Source: Paraglomus brasilianum (taxonomy: Eukaryota). Taken from it: a stretch of DNA of 64,000 bases. Positions 12,348 to 26,261 of this stretch are shown here, in pieces (the stretch's first letter is position 1; each line of letters opens with the position of its first letter). The stretch lies in NCBI GenBank assembly GCA_910592345.1, contig CAJVPI010000013.1:1-64000 (forward strand), given 5' to 3'. The position numbers were made by a program, and so were the translations under genes. The notes beneath the pieces were generated by a model. That model had not been told where the DNA came from, made no database searches, and saw only the letters and a list, made by a program, of their open reading frames with translations.

Positions 12348-14502
12348 ATGTGTGGTGATAATGACCATACACTATCCCACCCAGAGGATCGCACGGATTC
12401 TTATGTCGCCAGCAATGAAATGCCAGCATGCTCCATAATACAGAATAAGTGTAACAGCAGTGGAATAGTTTACACTAATGCTCAACCGGAGCTTGTATCA
12501 GATGAGAAGTTGGAAAAGGTATGTTGAGCGTAATGGAGAGCCTTGCAACTCTAATTGCATATGCTATTGCTGTGATTGTGTGCGCAAACTTGTGGTCGGC
12601 ATATACTCATATCGTATGTAAATATTACGTAGTTAAGCTCAACTGGAGGCATTAGCGAAGTTCGACAAGAGTTACTGCAGACTCGAGCTCTAGTCACTGA
12701 TCTCGAAACACGTTTGGACGTGTACGTGTTTTATTTACTGGTCGTTTCATACGTTTATGACAAAAATGCTTACTTTCATAATTAAACTATTTACAGCATC
12801 GAACGGACAAGCCAAGTCATAGTAGATGAATTGAAAAACTTGATAGATGAAATTCAGTATGGGTAAATAATACTAGCAATACTACTAAATAATGAATATC
12901 CAAGTCTATTGAATTACTGATTTATGTAAATATTAAGTAATAGCGCATTGTCGCTACTTAACAATTCTTACTAACCTTTTTAAACCTGGATATAGAAGTG
13001 AAAGCCACAGTACAGTTGTCGATAACGATCGACAATCAGAAATCGACTTTGGCTCAACAGGCTTCAATGATTCTCTCTATTGCAGCCAATCAAATACTAG
13101 TTTTTCCATTCCGTCATCTCCTTCTACTCAGACTGCCACTTCTATAATCTCTACGCCTACTATTTGCTGCGATGACGATAATCCCACCTTTGAGCGAATA
13201 TCAGCCACACTACAATCTCTCATTCACGATGCAGAACTCGCACTAGATCGAACGTCGAAATATCTTGACTTGCCGAAACGACGTTCTCGTGCATCTAGCT
13301 GGAGTTCGTCAGTCAGCAGTTGGATAGTAAACAGATATTCGCCGACTCCATCTCGATGTGGCAATGAGCATTGTGTATCGTGTGAAGAATTGCCAAATGG
13401 AAAGCAGAACGTGATTGAGAACAGCACCGGATATTGTGTTTGCAAAAAGGAAGAGTTAAGTCAAAAACAGCAGCAGATAAAGCAGTACTACCGACAGCAA
13501 TTGGAAAGACATTACGATTATACAAAGAGTTGCAATGACTTGGAAGATGAGTTACAAAAGTTGATGCACATTGCATTTTCTTCGAGTACGACGATAGACG
13601 AACAACAGACTCATCATAAAGATGAGAATTTATTTCACAATAATAATAATAATAGTAATAATAATGCTCATAATAATAATACAATGAAGAGACATAGAAT
13701 TGATTCGATGCACGGACAATTACAAGGAATAAGCGATAATACATGGAACATTTCAAAACTCAGACATTGGATGTCGTGGGAATACTTTCGATCAAAGATA
13801 ACCGGCTTTAGTAATTACACCGAGAGTAGCATTGAATATACCGACGCAGAAGCAACAAACTGTATGGATGCAAGCAGAATACAAGACGAGATACGTTCTG
13901 AAGAATGGTTCTACGAATATGACGATGACTGGTCTTCCCGTTCATCGGCGCATCGCACGTCATCTTCTCCACGAAGATATTCAACGTCACACTCTCTATC
14001 AAGTTCAACGTCTCACAGTTCATCCCAATCAGATGATGGCTTGGTCGTAAACACTTTAAACATCAATCCAAATATTGTCAATATACGTTCCATAGCTATT
14101 TCTTCTTCCTTCTCTTCAATTTTCCTATCAACCATTTTCCACTCAAACGTCCTCTTGTTACGTTACATAATCACGTCAGGTGGCGTCATCTTCAGTATAA
14201 TCAGAACACTTCTTGAACAATCATCCACAAGGCCTGTCACGAGGACAGGAGAAATGTCGACAGGAATAAATGCCATACTAGGCAAATCAATGAAACGAAG
14301 GAGGCAAGTTAGGCCCATGGTTGCACTCTTAAAGTATTTGATCGTTTTAATTTTTGGATGGATCCTAGGACGTGGTAGTGTATTACGCAGAAGGATCACA
14401 AAGACAAGCGTGTATGAAAGAAGCGACAGATTAAAGGCTGGCGAAGATGAGGAATACCAAACTTTGGAGTTGATTAGGAGTAGTAGTACGAAATTATCCT
14501 AA
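12348..14502 (+). CDS. Hypothetical protein: N-terminal coiled coil, Ser/Asn-rich disordered middle, hydrophobic C-terminal segment(s)
   Basis: Four exons joined by GT-AG introns keep frame (MCGDND...KLEK | LSSTGGISEVRQELLQTRALVTDLETRLD | IERTSQVIVDELKNLIDEIQY | long exon including ORF 13270-14502); TM-like LLKYLIVLIFGWILG. Confidence 0.7.
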
Positions 14503-14812
14503 CAGACAATATACATATATTCACACAAATTAAGCACATCAAGTAGAGACAATATATAATTTTTAAATTGTAAAATAAATTAAGCTTTCTCTTTCTTTTT
14601 TGTCTTCCTTTTTTCTTTCTTTCCAATTTTTTTGGTTTTAACTTTAAAAATAATAATAAAAAAATTAAATAGACGACCATCTGTGATTGTATGTACGTAG
14701 TGTATGAAATAGACAGCAAGCGATTCTTTGCCACTACTCCCAAGGGTTCACCCAACAATTCTGATATCATCCATACCCATCACTCTCCCCTTCTTGGATT
14801 CCTCCCATATTT

Positions 14813-15694
14813 TCATACTCCCTTTCCAGTAACATCCAAAGTCTCTCTCACCGCATCCACACGATCAATTAACTCTTGAGTAAACTTGACCGCTTCTCTC
14901 CTCCTCATTCTCGCCGTCTCGAACTCGGGTGGACACACAACGCCATCTAAAGCCAGCAAGGCTTGCATGAGAGTCTCGACTAAATAATGATGAGTGTCGG
15001 TGAGTTTTGCTAAAACTTTCTCGTCCTGCTTATCGGAAGAGAGATACGAATCCACGGATAATTCAAAGGATTGTATTTGAGGGATTAGAAGAGATCGCGT
15101 GTTTTCTATGGATTGGGATATACGGGAAAGTAAGGCGTGTTCTTCTGCTGATCCTGCAGTCGTCTGAGATAGATCTTTCGACTATATATGGTGTGGAAAG
15201 TGGTGAAGTAAGTAATGTATAGCAGTCAGACATGATTAAAAAGTACAAGTATAAAACGGTAGTGATGCATCATAATTACATTAGGTTTGGTTCCCATTAA
15301 CATAATCTTTGAAGAGGGGTGAAGTCCAAACGAACTCAGCGTTGCTGTATCATCCTTCATAATAGCTGTCGAAATATATTACTTAGCTGCTTCTCCCTCC
15401 CCTGTCAATGCCAACACTATAATCCTCTTTTCCACTCTTTTCTCTTCAGACCCTCTTAACTATACCTCCAGATATGAGTAGCTTCTGCCCGTTGACCGGG
15501 ACACCAGTCATTTTTTTTATCCTTTCCTTCAACTGTCTCAACGTGGTCTCCTGTAAAGAACCGGGACCCTCATTCTCAAAGTCCAAATACAATTTTTCCC
15601 GACCCCAGATGATTACTATTTCTGGTGCGGATGGGGTGTCTTTGAAATACAAGTTCAACGGGTTTGAAGATAGGAATGGAAACGAGGTAAACAT
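14813..15694 (-). CDS. BAG-family Hsp70 co-chaperone with N-terminal ubiquitin-like domain (BAG1-like)
   Basis: UBL: TLRQLKERIKKMTGVPVNGQKLLISGAIMKDD..TLSSFGL...SKIMLMG; BAG: ETLMQALLALDGV.....ETARMRRREAVKFTQELIDRVD; three coding exons with GT-AG introns. Confidence 0.85.
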
Positions 15695-17749
15695 GTTTAC
15701 AGGAAAAATAAGTAAAAGTGGTAAGTCTGTTATCTGATGAAAATGGTGCGTGAGCCGTAGACAAAGTATGGAGTGTAAACAAGCAAAGCAGTGTAATTTT
15801 ACTTCTCGTGTCGTTCACAATCACATACCGTCCATGCTCGATTCCGGAAAGTAAAACGATCCAAGGAAGTGGCTTGGCCGACATTATTTCAAGAATTTAA
15901 TTCTATTGGATGAAAGAAATGGCACAGCATGATTATAACAATTGGACGACACTCGTAATAACCATATTTGTATTGCTAATAACCAAATGGTGGATTGCAA
16001 AAGAAGTAATGGGGAGGAAAGTTGTAAAGGAAATATGATCTAATGCACGTAAAGCTGTCTGCTCTATAATTCTACGTATTCGGATGCGTCATGAAGTATT
16101 GCTTACTATTACACACTTATTATTTCACCTTACATTCTTTACGCGCATCGATAAACTGTTCATATTTTTTGAAAACTGTAAAAGCGTAAATTCTGAGTTA
16201 CGGCCAAGACCTGGGAATTTGATAACAGAATTTTGTAATTTGTTTTAACACCAATTGAAAGACTTCGGCTTTGGCCAACGGCAAAAGCTACGGCACCTGG
16301 TATTTCCCAACCGTAGCTTAACTGCGGAGATGGCACACACAAAGCTTGCATTCGTTGTATTAGTATCTACGACTACACAACATGATCGCAATTTACCTTT
16401 CATACCACCTGAATTCATCCATCCGGCATAGCGAAAATTGAGATTGAAGATTATCTCAAAGATTCCTAGAGAATACTTTCAAGAAAAGATATTCATAGAA
16501 CATATACAGAGGTTGAAGGGGCATTTATGTTCTTATAAAAAGGGCTGAAGGCATCATACTGATGTCGAATCTTTTTAGCCCTGTTAGACCCGCTGGCTGC
16601 TAATAATACTTATACTGTTAAAAAGTATAAAAGCAAGTGTTTCTGAAATATCAAATCCTTCTCCATTCCAGTACTAACCCTTTCCGTCGTCAGTTACCTG
16701 CTTCGTCATGACCGTCAAACGTAGGAATTTATTTGCCAACTCCGGTATTTTCTCATGGATAACTTTACCTTGGACTACATCTAGACAAAGCCTTACGATT
16801 CTAGGCATGCTGAAGCGGGATGTACGCGGAACACTGTGCATCCAGAGGCATTATAATAGATGTAGACTGTTTTTTGAGCGAATATCTCAGGACAAAATTA
16901 AGCATTCTATTTAGAATTAGAATATGACCATTTAACAACTTTCGTTAAGACTTGATATTTTGACCGAATAATAAATTTATATAATACAGGAGGAGTGATT
17001 ATAGTGTTTAATAATTTATGGAAACAATAGTATAATTTACGATAAAAATATATATTATGCATAGAATATTAATATGTCTAATTCATAGTATAAACTTTTG
17101 AGTTGCTCATTCGGTACGTAACTATGCGACATCTACAACCCGAGCAAGGCAAACTATGAAAAAAAAAGTGTCACGGTTTAACTAGGGATTGTTTGAAATT
17201 CTACATACGGTGTTCCGCTAGGATGACAGATGTGAGCTTTTTCCACTTGCGTAAGGAAAAAATAAACAAAATACTAAAGTAATTACGATTCATGATGGAC
17301 TGCGATTGTTATGATTATGTTTAAATTGTTATGTACTTATTTATATTCTTGCTTGAAAGACATCTTTTTTTGCGAAGTCTTTTTATGAAACCTTTATCGT
17401 TGTCAATTCATTGCCATTTCACGCATATTCTCCTGCGACATGTGACTGGTTCAAACGAAACTTCACCAAGTTAATCTGAACTTTTATAACAGCACAGGTG
17501 AAACTTGTCTAAACTGGCGCTGATTAAACCGGTCTCGGGTTTAACCGACTGCATAACGACTATCAGCATTTTCTTCAAAAACTACAATCAATTAACTTTA
17601 ATAATTTTGTTATTTTGCTTAGTAGATACGACCAGTAGAGATTTTCGAAAAATTGGATTTTTCTAATTAATCATACCGTTTTCGGAGAGCGTGTTTGTTG
17701 TATAGCTTATTTTAACAAACATTACTAAAGCGGCTGGTTTTCACTTATA

Positions 17750-18299
17750 CAGTCCCCGGCGAAAAGAATGGCGGCCAGTATTTTTTTTAATATGACAATT
17801 TTGTTCTTATTATTTTTTAAAAAAATTTTTTATTTAACAAAAGTTCAAGACTAATATTATAAACTTGCAAAAAAACCAAGATAAAAAGTGGCTTTCTTTT
17901 AGATCTATATTAATTTAAACCTAATATTATGAATAAAATTTTGAGTAAGTTGACAAGAAGCAATGTAAAAGCTTTTTACATTAACAGGTTAGACTATATC
18001 AGGCATAATTTATATTTTTCGATTTGTAATTATAATCTTCTAGATTTAATTAACAAGTCTAAAACGCAAACATCTTATAGTAGATTTGAAACTGTTATTA
18101 TAAGTTTATAGTCAATCCAAATCTCACTGAAATTATTAAAATGCAAATATAAAAACAAGGGTATTTTTAATTGTGCCACATATTAAGTAAATAAGAAAAG
18201 TAATAATACATTTACATATTACTATAACCAATTTTTGTATTGAATTTTTATAAAAACGTTAAAAAAGATTGTCACCGCCATTCTTTTCGCCGGAGACTG
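17750..18299. mobile_element. 550-bp non-autonomous Tc1/mariner-type MITE
   Basis: TIRs CAGTCCCCGGCGAAAAGAATGGCGG (17750) and CCGCCATTCTTTTCGCCGGAGACTG (ending 18299), 24/25 identical; TA on both flanks (17748-49, 18300-01); very AT-rich interior without a credible ORF. Confidence 0.9.
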
Positions 18300-19026
18300 T
18301 ATGCCTGCAATCTGTCATATCTCTGTCTGAGAAACAGTTATTTAAATGTCCATTTGCTTTTGTATTTGTAGGGTCCGTATTATTCATTTCACCGACAATT
18401 ACATCATTGGAGGTGAATGTGGCTGTCAACCACGATGAACAAAGCAGTCATAAATATAGTTTAAGGGATGTCAGTGAAAAGATACTGTTATGGTCTTCTT
18501 CAGAAGCTCACGAGAAAAGTATAAACAAGGGTACTAGCGCATGAATATTAATTGTACAAAAGAATGGAATGAAGGCATAAACAAAAATCCTTGTGCAACA
18601 TTAATACCATTATTTAAAGCTCTTAGGGTATAGAGTATGAAGGAAGATATGTTAATATTTCACTAATTTGGGATTGTTTGTGTGGACATTGTTGCTCGAG
18701 AATGATTTCACTTTGCCGTATAATAACTTTCCTATAATATGGTGAAGTTCGCTAAGACTGCTGCCAACAACGAATATTTATAATAAAAACAATCACTATG
18801 ATATTTGTAAAATACAGTAAATATATAGTGATCTACGAAGAGACATAATTTGAATGCACACGTTTGATTTGACTGAGCTATCGGACATCAGCGTTGTTAA
18901 TCTTCTTACCCATTACTCTAAATCAACAGTAGTTAATAAATATCAACCATAAATACAAGTCGAAAATGTTAAAAATGCTACATGTATAATGACCTCCTCT
19001 TGTCAATATATCGTCCATCTTGTCTT

Positions 19027-21562
19027 TTATACCTGAAACTCAATTGACATCTCACAACTATTTCTCGCTTTAGGCAAATTTCCGGTAGGTAAGAGCTTAC
19101 TAGAGTATTTACTCTCCTTCTCGAGACGAGATAAGGGTTTTACATCATTATGATAGATGGTATTCCACATATTGTCGTTAGAATTATCATATAGTGCCTT
19201 GGAAATCAACAAGGAGAGTTTGCCTGTATTTGGACGCTTGTCAGGATCAGCATCACAGCACATTTCAACAATTTTTCTATATGCCTTTGGTGCTGAATCA
19301 GGCATCTGTGGTCGTAGTCCACTCATAATATCGCACACCAAATCTCTATCGAACTCTCTGTCTCTAAAAGGTGGCTCACCAGTGGCTACCAAATACATGA
19401 TAATACCAAAAGAATATATGTCTGATTTCTGAGTAAATTTGCAAGTATGGAAGACTTCCGGTGCAACAAAGGGTAAAAGGCCTCGAATCGTTGGATTTGA
19501 CTGGGACGAATTCACTGATCGTGAGAGACCAAGATCGCATATATATGATTTACTTATATGAAAATCTTCAGACACGTTGCCATCATGCAAAACTATATTT
19601 CCGCCATGAAGATCGCAATGCACAATTCCTGCATCATGAATATTGCTCAGATAATCTACAATATCCTCCAAACACTGTAATTTCATCTTCCATGTCAGCT
19701 TGTTAATATTTTGGTCCAAATAAGACAACAGACTACCCTTGTTGGCATATTGCATAACCATAATGTACTTTTTTGTTTCTGGATCTTGTGTGACTCCATA
19801 AATTTTAAGGAAAGGAAGATGCAAACATTGGGCATGATTTCTGAACTATTAATAATATTAAAGGAAATAATTACAGTCAGATTAAATACAATTTTAGTTA
19901 ATAGTGGCAAACATTGCTTACCTCGGAAATAAATAATTCCGGCGATTCATCAAGATTCTTAAGACGTTTGAGTACAACAGTTTTTGGCACGTGCTTTTCT
20001 GACTTGCCTTTATACTTGGCAGTATAGACTGTTCCATAACCACCAGATCCAATCTCTTTAAGTCCACAAAAATCGTTATACCATATATACACTACATGTT
20101 CGTTACGTTGTATAAATCTGTCCAATGGCGCATGTATGTCGTAATAGAACACTAAATAATGTTTTCGAGTAGATGGCTCTTGCGTGATACCAATAATCCA
20201 AATATTGTCTCGTGTTAATATCTCTGGGTATTCTTTAACTAACTATTTGATAAACAATACAATCAATCGTCGTCTTAAGCAACAATACACACTTAAAATT
20301 AATACTTATTTGCATTTTACACGTGAAATAATTTACCTGATGAAAATCAAATGGCTGTTCATCAAATATTTTTTTGAGCGTCACGCGTGTCAATTCATTC
20401 GTTGTCGGTTCTAACCAATCTGCTACAAGTGTGCATCCGTTGCGCAATAATGCCATCTGCTGTACATTTGTCAATAAGGAATACTCTATCCATTGTATAT
20501 AGGCATCATATTTTTTTTCATATTCTTCCATGATTCCATAATAAATGAATCCAGAGACTTGTTGCCCATAGTCCAACCAAGAGGTCTTGGTGCTTTACAT
20601 GCAAAACAGAATGCCTTTATCTTGGATTCTAATGCTGTTGTACATGCAAGACATAATCCCGTTTCATGTCGCTCCTTTATTAGATAATACGTCTGTTCGC
20701 TTGCATATGTAAATCCAATGGTAATCCAAGCATCCATGGTAAGCATATCTGGATTCTTATCGCATAACTGGTAGAAATTATACCAAGTCAATATTTATCT
20801 AAACAATCAATAAACATAATTTATTTGTAATTAAATAGTTACCTTGTCATAATATAAACCATCCGTCTCATTCGTTATTTCAAGTGGAATCAATGTAATT
20901 CGAGCATCATAAGCAGCAATAGGTAGACCATATAACCTTGCATTATCTCCCTTATCACGAATACAATCAAAAGGAATCCATTCCAAATAGGCATCATTTG
21001 GTGAGTTTGTTTGTAATTGAGATTTCTTAATAAACTCATCGAGTTGCTTATTGTTGCTAGTCCATCCACTGGATAATTGTTTATATCCGCACACACACCA
21101 CACGGGACTACATCGGAGTATTCCGCATACGGAGCAGAATCCATATCGAGAATAATAATAGAAAAAGTGTTTGTGAGCAATCATGTAGTAATTATCGTCA
21201 TACTTGGTAAATCCATATATCAGTTTGTTGCGACATTCAAGCCATCTTTTGTATCTTCTGAACTGGTTAACATCATTACTGTAGTTGTGTGTTGGAAGTG
21301 AGTATATTCTAGCAAACTCACACACATGTGTAGATGTACATTCTTCGCTACTTCCAAGTGATAGCAACATTGTCATCGTTTTATTACGCCTCGTTTGCTT
21401 GCGAATAGCGTAGTAGACAGCATCGACTTGACTTGACTTTATGCCAGTAATTTGCGAGCAAGGAATCCATTCAAGTCTATGTTTACTTTCTAAGGAGGAT
21501 TGAATCAAGCTATCAATTGCTGAATTTTGATTATCCTTAACAATTTCTGGAAATAACGACAT
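19027..21562 (-). pseudogene. Multi-module tyrosine-kinase-like (TKL) protein kinase, probably frameshift-disrupted
   Basis: C-terminal kinase IGSGGYGTVY, VVLK, HCDLHGGN, DLG, VAPE, SDIYSFG, preceded by repeated WTSxNKxLDxFI...AY[LI]xWI modules. Splicing exon 1 (..YDK|GT) to the acceptor at 20799 gives an immediate stop; the conserved text shifts frame near 20795 and again in the A-run at ~20515. Confidence 0.75.
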
Positions 21563-24500
21563 ACTTTAAATAAAATTTTCAAGTACCATCTCGGGGGAGA
21601 GAACGTTATATAGTACTGTGCAAAGTAATGAGAATTTTATTTGTGACGCCAATGTTACTCCAATTAAAAAACGGTTTTACAGTAAATTTACGCTTTTCAA
21701 CCTTAAAGAAGTGGTACAAGACAAGTATAAGCCAATAATGTACGAAAGCAAAGAGTTCTTTCCGATCCCGATTATCTACTATGGTTCAGCCAAGAGCTTG
21801 CCACAGGGCTCAATGAATCCAGCCCTGGCATGAAGTACATCCAGAGAGCTTTCTCGACTACGTTGGAAGGTTAATACAGTGAAAACTTTCGTCTGGTCCC
21901 GAGTCTGGACATACCTGTTATTGCATACATCATTTAAATGTCGACTTTTATAAATGCATTATATCACGTGATATACTATACAATTTTTATAATAATGCAT
22001 ATTACATATGTGCGATCAATTTTCATTGTCATAATAATAATACACAGTAAACCTCGGTCCCAATTCATTAATGTCAATAATAAACCTACTTCGATTATCC
22101 GAATTTTTATAATAAAATCACTAATCCGTAATCCGAATCTAGTTGTGAGGAATGGCATATTAAATATCACCCCTTTAATCCGAAGATTAAAAATCTCATC
22201 AGTTGATAAGCAGGTAACGTTTGCAATTCGATTTTATTGAACCAACAAACGTGAAAAACTCTTATTGTGCGTACAGAGAATCGCAATAAAATAAAAAACC
22301 CAAGCATCGCCGAGAAGACGTCGGTGCAGCAATTTTTCGGATTGGTGGGTTGCTCTATAAGCCGAAATATATAGTGCGGAATTCAAAAAAGGTTCGTTCT
22401 AACAGTGTTTTCGGCTTAACGGGGTTCAGTTTAACGGGTTAACCTTGTATATTAGATAAAAAGGATAAATTAAAAAGACAAGAAAACATTACAACAGAAT
22501 TAGTAGCCAAATTACAAAGAAATAAAGGTTAAATTTTTACCTTTTTTAAGAACTTGGAAAAAACCTATTTGACACAAAGGAGTTAAGAAAGTTGTATTTT
22601 TACTCTTGACCATGAAGCAAGAATGTGAGAAGATGGCTTTAGTAAAAGAAATAGCGAATCAAGCAAAAATAATGCTCTTTTATAAAAAAAGGCTGTTGAG
22701 TTGGAGAAACTAATCGAGGTTTAGAAGAAGAGTTTGAGTATGAAAAAAAATGCTGATTGTCATTTAGATGCTATCAATACTTGCAGAATTGATATTTTAC
22801 CATCAATTATTCCTTTAATAAAGAATTGCCAAAGCAATCAAAATTTTATTGGAAAGGCAAGCGACAGCTGAAGAAAAAGATAAAGAGATTGAAAAATTAG
22901 GAAACGGGTTAATGACAGAAAGAGATTTATAAGAGCAAGACAAATTAATTAAGTTGGTTAACCTAAAACACCAAGCAGATTTACCACTTAGTTGCTCAGA
23001 TAGAGGTTAGAAACGTAAGAGTATGTGAGAATTGTTTCATACACTATTACATTTAGAAGAGCGAAATAAAAATTTAGCTTGTTGTTTTGCTTTAACAATC
23101 TGTTTTGTTCAACCACATTAGCCATAGCTCATGCTCATGCGAAATGTTCATTTTGTCTTATACTGTCATTATTTATACGTTTTCCCAAAATAAAAGCATA
23201 AGAACGCTGTTTAGGTACGCGATTTGGTGTACTTCTCATATTTGATTCAAACGACTTTATATATACGGAATAATTGCGCAATTTTGATTAATGAGCACGT
23301 CGTGATACTACGTATTAATCCAACTGTTAATACACTAATTGCTTATATCAATATGGGCTTTGTTTTATTTCTATAGTCAATTACTACAATTTGCGAAAAC
23401 ATTGTTTTATTGCAATTGCATCTAACGTATTTGCTTGATTTATTGACCATTAAGTTTATATTAATATGAACACCTTGATATATTAATCAGATAAAAATGA
23501 CATGATTTGACAAAAATGGTGATGATAACATTTAATTTAAACGCCAGCTACGCATTACATTATGTATCAGTATATCACAGAACTAACAAGAGCTTTATAA
23601 CATAAACTGAAAGATGAGGAGACAAAGAGTGAATCAAGACAACGACAAATTTATTATGGAGAAAGCATTCTGGAAAAGGAGAGAAGACTCTATAGTTCAA
23701 ATGACAAGCTGTATGCTTTTGCTTTGTATTTGGTTCATGATTTTTTGTGATTTTTATTGACTCATTCGCAGTCTTTAGGACCGTACAATAACCAGATTGA
23801 ACGCTGCTGCTGAGAAAGAAAGTAGAATACAGATTTTCCGCATAGGTAATAAGCTAACGCAATGTTCGATCCTGAAATTTACTAGTAAAACATAGCATTC
23901 TGTAGCCTGTATTATACTATGTAAGTCGCAATGATCTAGCATTGTTATAAAGCCACTTGACCCTGTGGTTTTCGGGGGAGAATTAAAATATATAATCGAT
24001 ACATCGATGAAGTGTTAGTGTGTGTATACGAAAACATAAATATGCATGTTTTCGCATACACTAACACTTCATCGAACTACAGTTTTGTATCGATAATAAT
24101 TTTAAAAGTACAAGCAATCAGCTTCGTAACGATACTAGATGATTGCTCCTTACATAGCATATACAGACTACAGAGATTTTCGTTTTTCATACGCCGAGTC
24201 GATACTTTTTGCTATAGAACCACGAAAGTCCAATTCCCACGCAAAAGTTAGTGCGACAAATGTCTTGCATCATTGTTGGTATTTATATGTGTAATATGAA
24301 AAAGTCACATTCGATTAAAAGTCCTGTGACATATTAGTATTAGCTTATCCAATTATGTTCAGTTCGATTGTCCAATTAGAACGAACAAGCGGATAAATAA
24401 TAAAAATAACGTTGCCTCGATACTCGGTGTAATATTAAAATCCTGAAACAAATGAAAACATAATTAATGCCCGTGTATCTTGGGGGATATAACCGAGTGT

Positions 24501-26261
24501 TGCTGGTATTGGTTATAATTGTGGTTAAAATGTGCATTCTTAATAGGAATAATATTAAAAAGTGTAGCAGCCAATGCTAATTCTAATTCTACCATGCACT
24601 ATCGTTAAAAAAGAAACGACTACCTGTTTAAAAAAGTGTAGACTGAGCACAGCTTCTTGGTTAATCGATTTCTGACTCATTTCCAATATATCCTCTGTGT
24701 TATCTGGTGACTCGGTCTCATTTTATATGCGCACAGCATACAAATTTATGTAAGTTGGTTGGTACCAGATTTACTATTACCAAAGAACAAGCCTATTTAT
24801 TGCTCTTGATCGGCATTATTGCCGAAAAAAGTAAAGCAATCGCTCGGCCACGCAAAGGTCACATTTACTTCCACACACGCCTTGTCCCAATGATATCAGT
24901 TTTATTAATATCAAAACCTAACCCGTATTGGCAAATCTAAAATAAAAGATAGAAATATGAGATAATCGAACGTTTTTCCTTCTTATGTATTCCATGACCG
25001 CAGAGATAAAAGACAATAGAATCAGCCTGACACTAAAGTTTCGGGTTACATGAGACGCCGAGGCGACAAAAGACTGCTAGAAAGAGGCGGCGGTTAAGAT
25101 GAATAGTCAACGAGGGCATTTTTGGTGCTCAGAAAGCAAAAATACGTGTGCGTATATGCGTGTGGGTGTATCTGTATGTGCATCCAGGGTGCACAAGTTG
25201 ATACGGTCATTAATCTTTTCGATGTTGTTACCGTACCTTGCCTGCTTTTACTTTCTTCCACTCGATAATTTTTATGGGCTGTATGTTACACGGGGGTAAT
25301 TTTTGATGTGGGAAATGTAATGTTCCCCTTTGTGGCGTTTACATTACCCATATATGGATAGCGACCTATCAGCAGGATCTTTTTGCTTTAGTCGTTTTTG
25401 TCTTCATATAAATTTAGTCTTTATCTATGCTTCGGATCCTCCCCTTTTGGGATACGCATATATTGGGTAAAGTTGAAAATATCATAATATTTAATATAAC
25501 ACAATCAATCACAATCAATCACAATCGAAGCAGCAAACAAGCTTGTTTTATCTGTGATAATTCGTTCAACTTTCTTTCTGCTTTTATGAAACCCTCTTCT
25601 CGAATTCCTCTCTTGGCTGTTCTATATATATACACCGTAAAAATAGATTAAGATTCGCAGGACAATGACCTAATTCGTACATGTGTATTTCCATTACATG
25701 CATGCAGCGAGATGTTAGATCCATTACCAAATATATCACAGCCCTTCTCGTCCAATGAAATAAATAGATAAAAATAAGTCAAATAAATAAAATAATGAAA
25801 TGACAGGATCAACCCACAATTATTATTGTATTTTTATCGTCATCAGGCATATTTAACCCTGTTTAGACACTACCATGTAACAAACCTTGCTTTTTTTTTG
25901 ATCGAAGTGATAATCCCCCTCATCTCACCTCGCCTCCTCATCATTTAGAAATACGGAGAAAACACAGGAGAAACTCGTAAGATTCGGTCAACCCATTGTA
26001 CATTTCCACAAAGTAACACAAATTACACTATTAATTTCGTATGAAAACCAAAGGTAACTCACCCTCTTGGCCTGCTTCATTCTTTCTCTTTTGTATAATT
26101 GGGCTAATATCACTTTCCCCTCCCCATTCCCTCCCCTCCCCAATTTTCCCCTTTCCCCTCAATAAAACATAATACAAGATAGAGCATTAAAAGTATATAT
26201 AATAACTGTAAAAGTGATATAGGTTGTACCAACTGGACAACCAACTCAAAATAAATTAATA

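Noticed and set aside
22385..22450. pogo/Tc1-like terminal repeat pattern (TTAACGGG repeats ending TGTA)
   Set aside because: No matching partner TIR located in the window.
23560..23850. Exon-like K/E-rich fragment with GT/AG signals
   Set aside because: All splice combinations tried hit stops; no recognisable homology.
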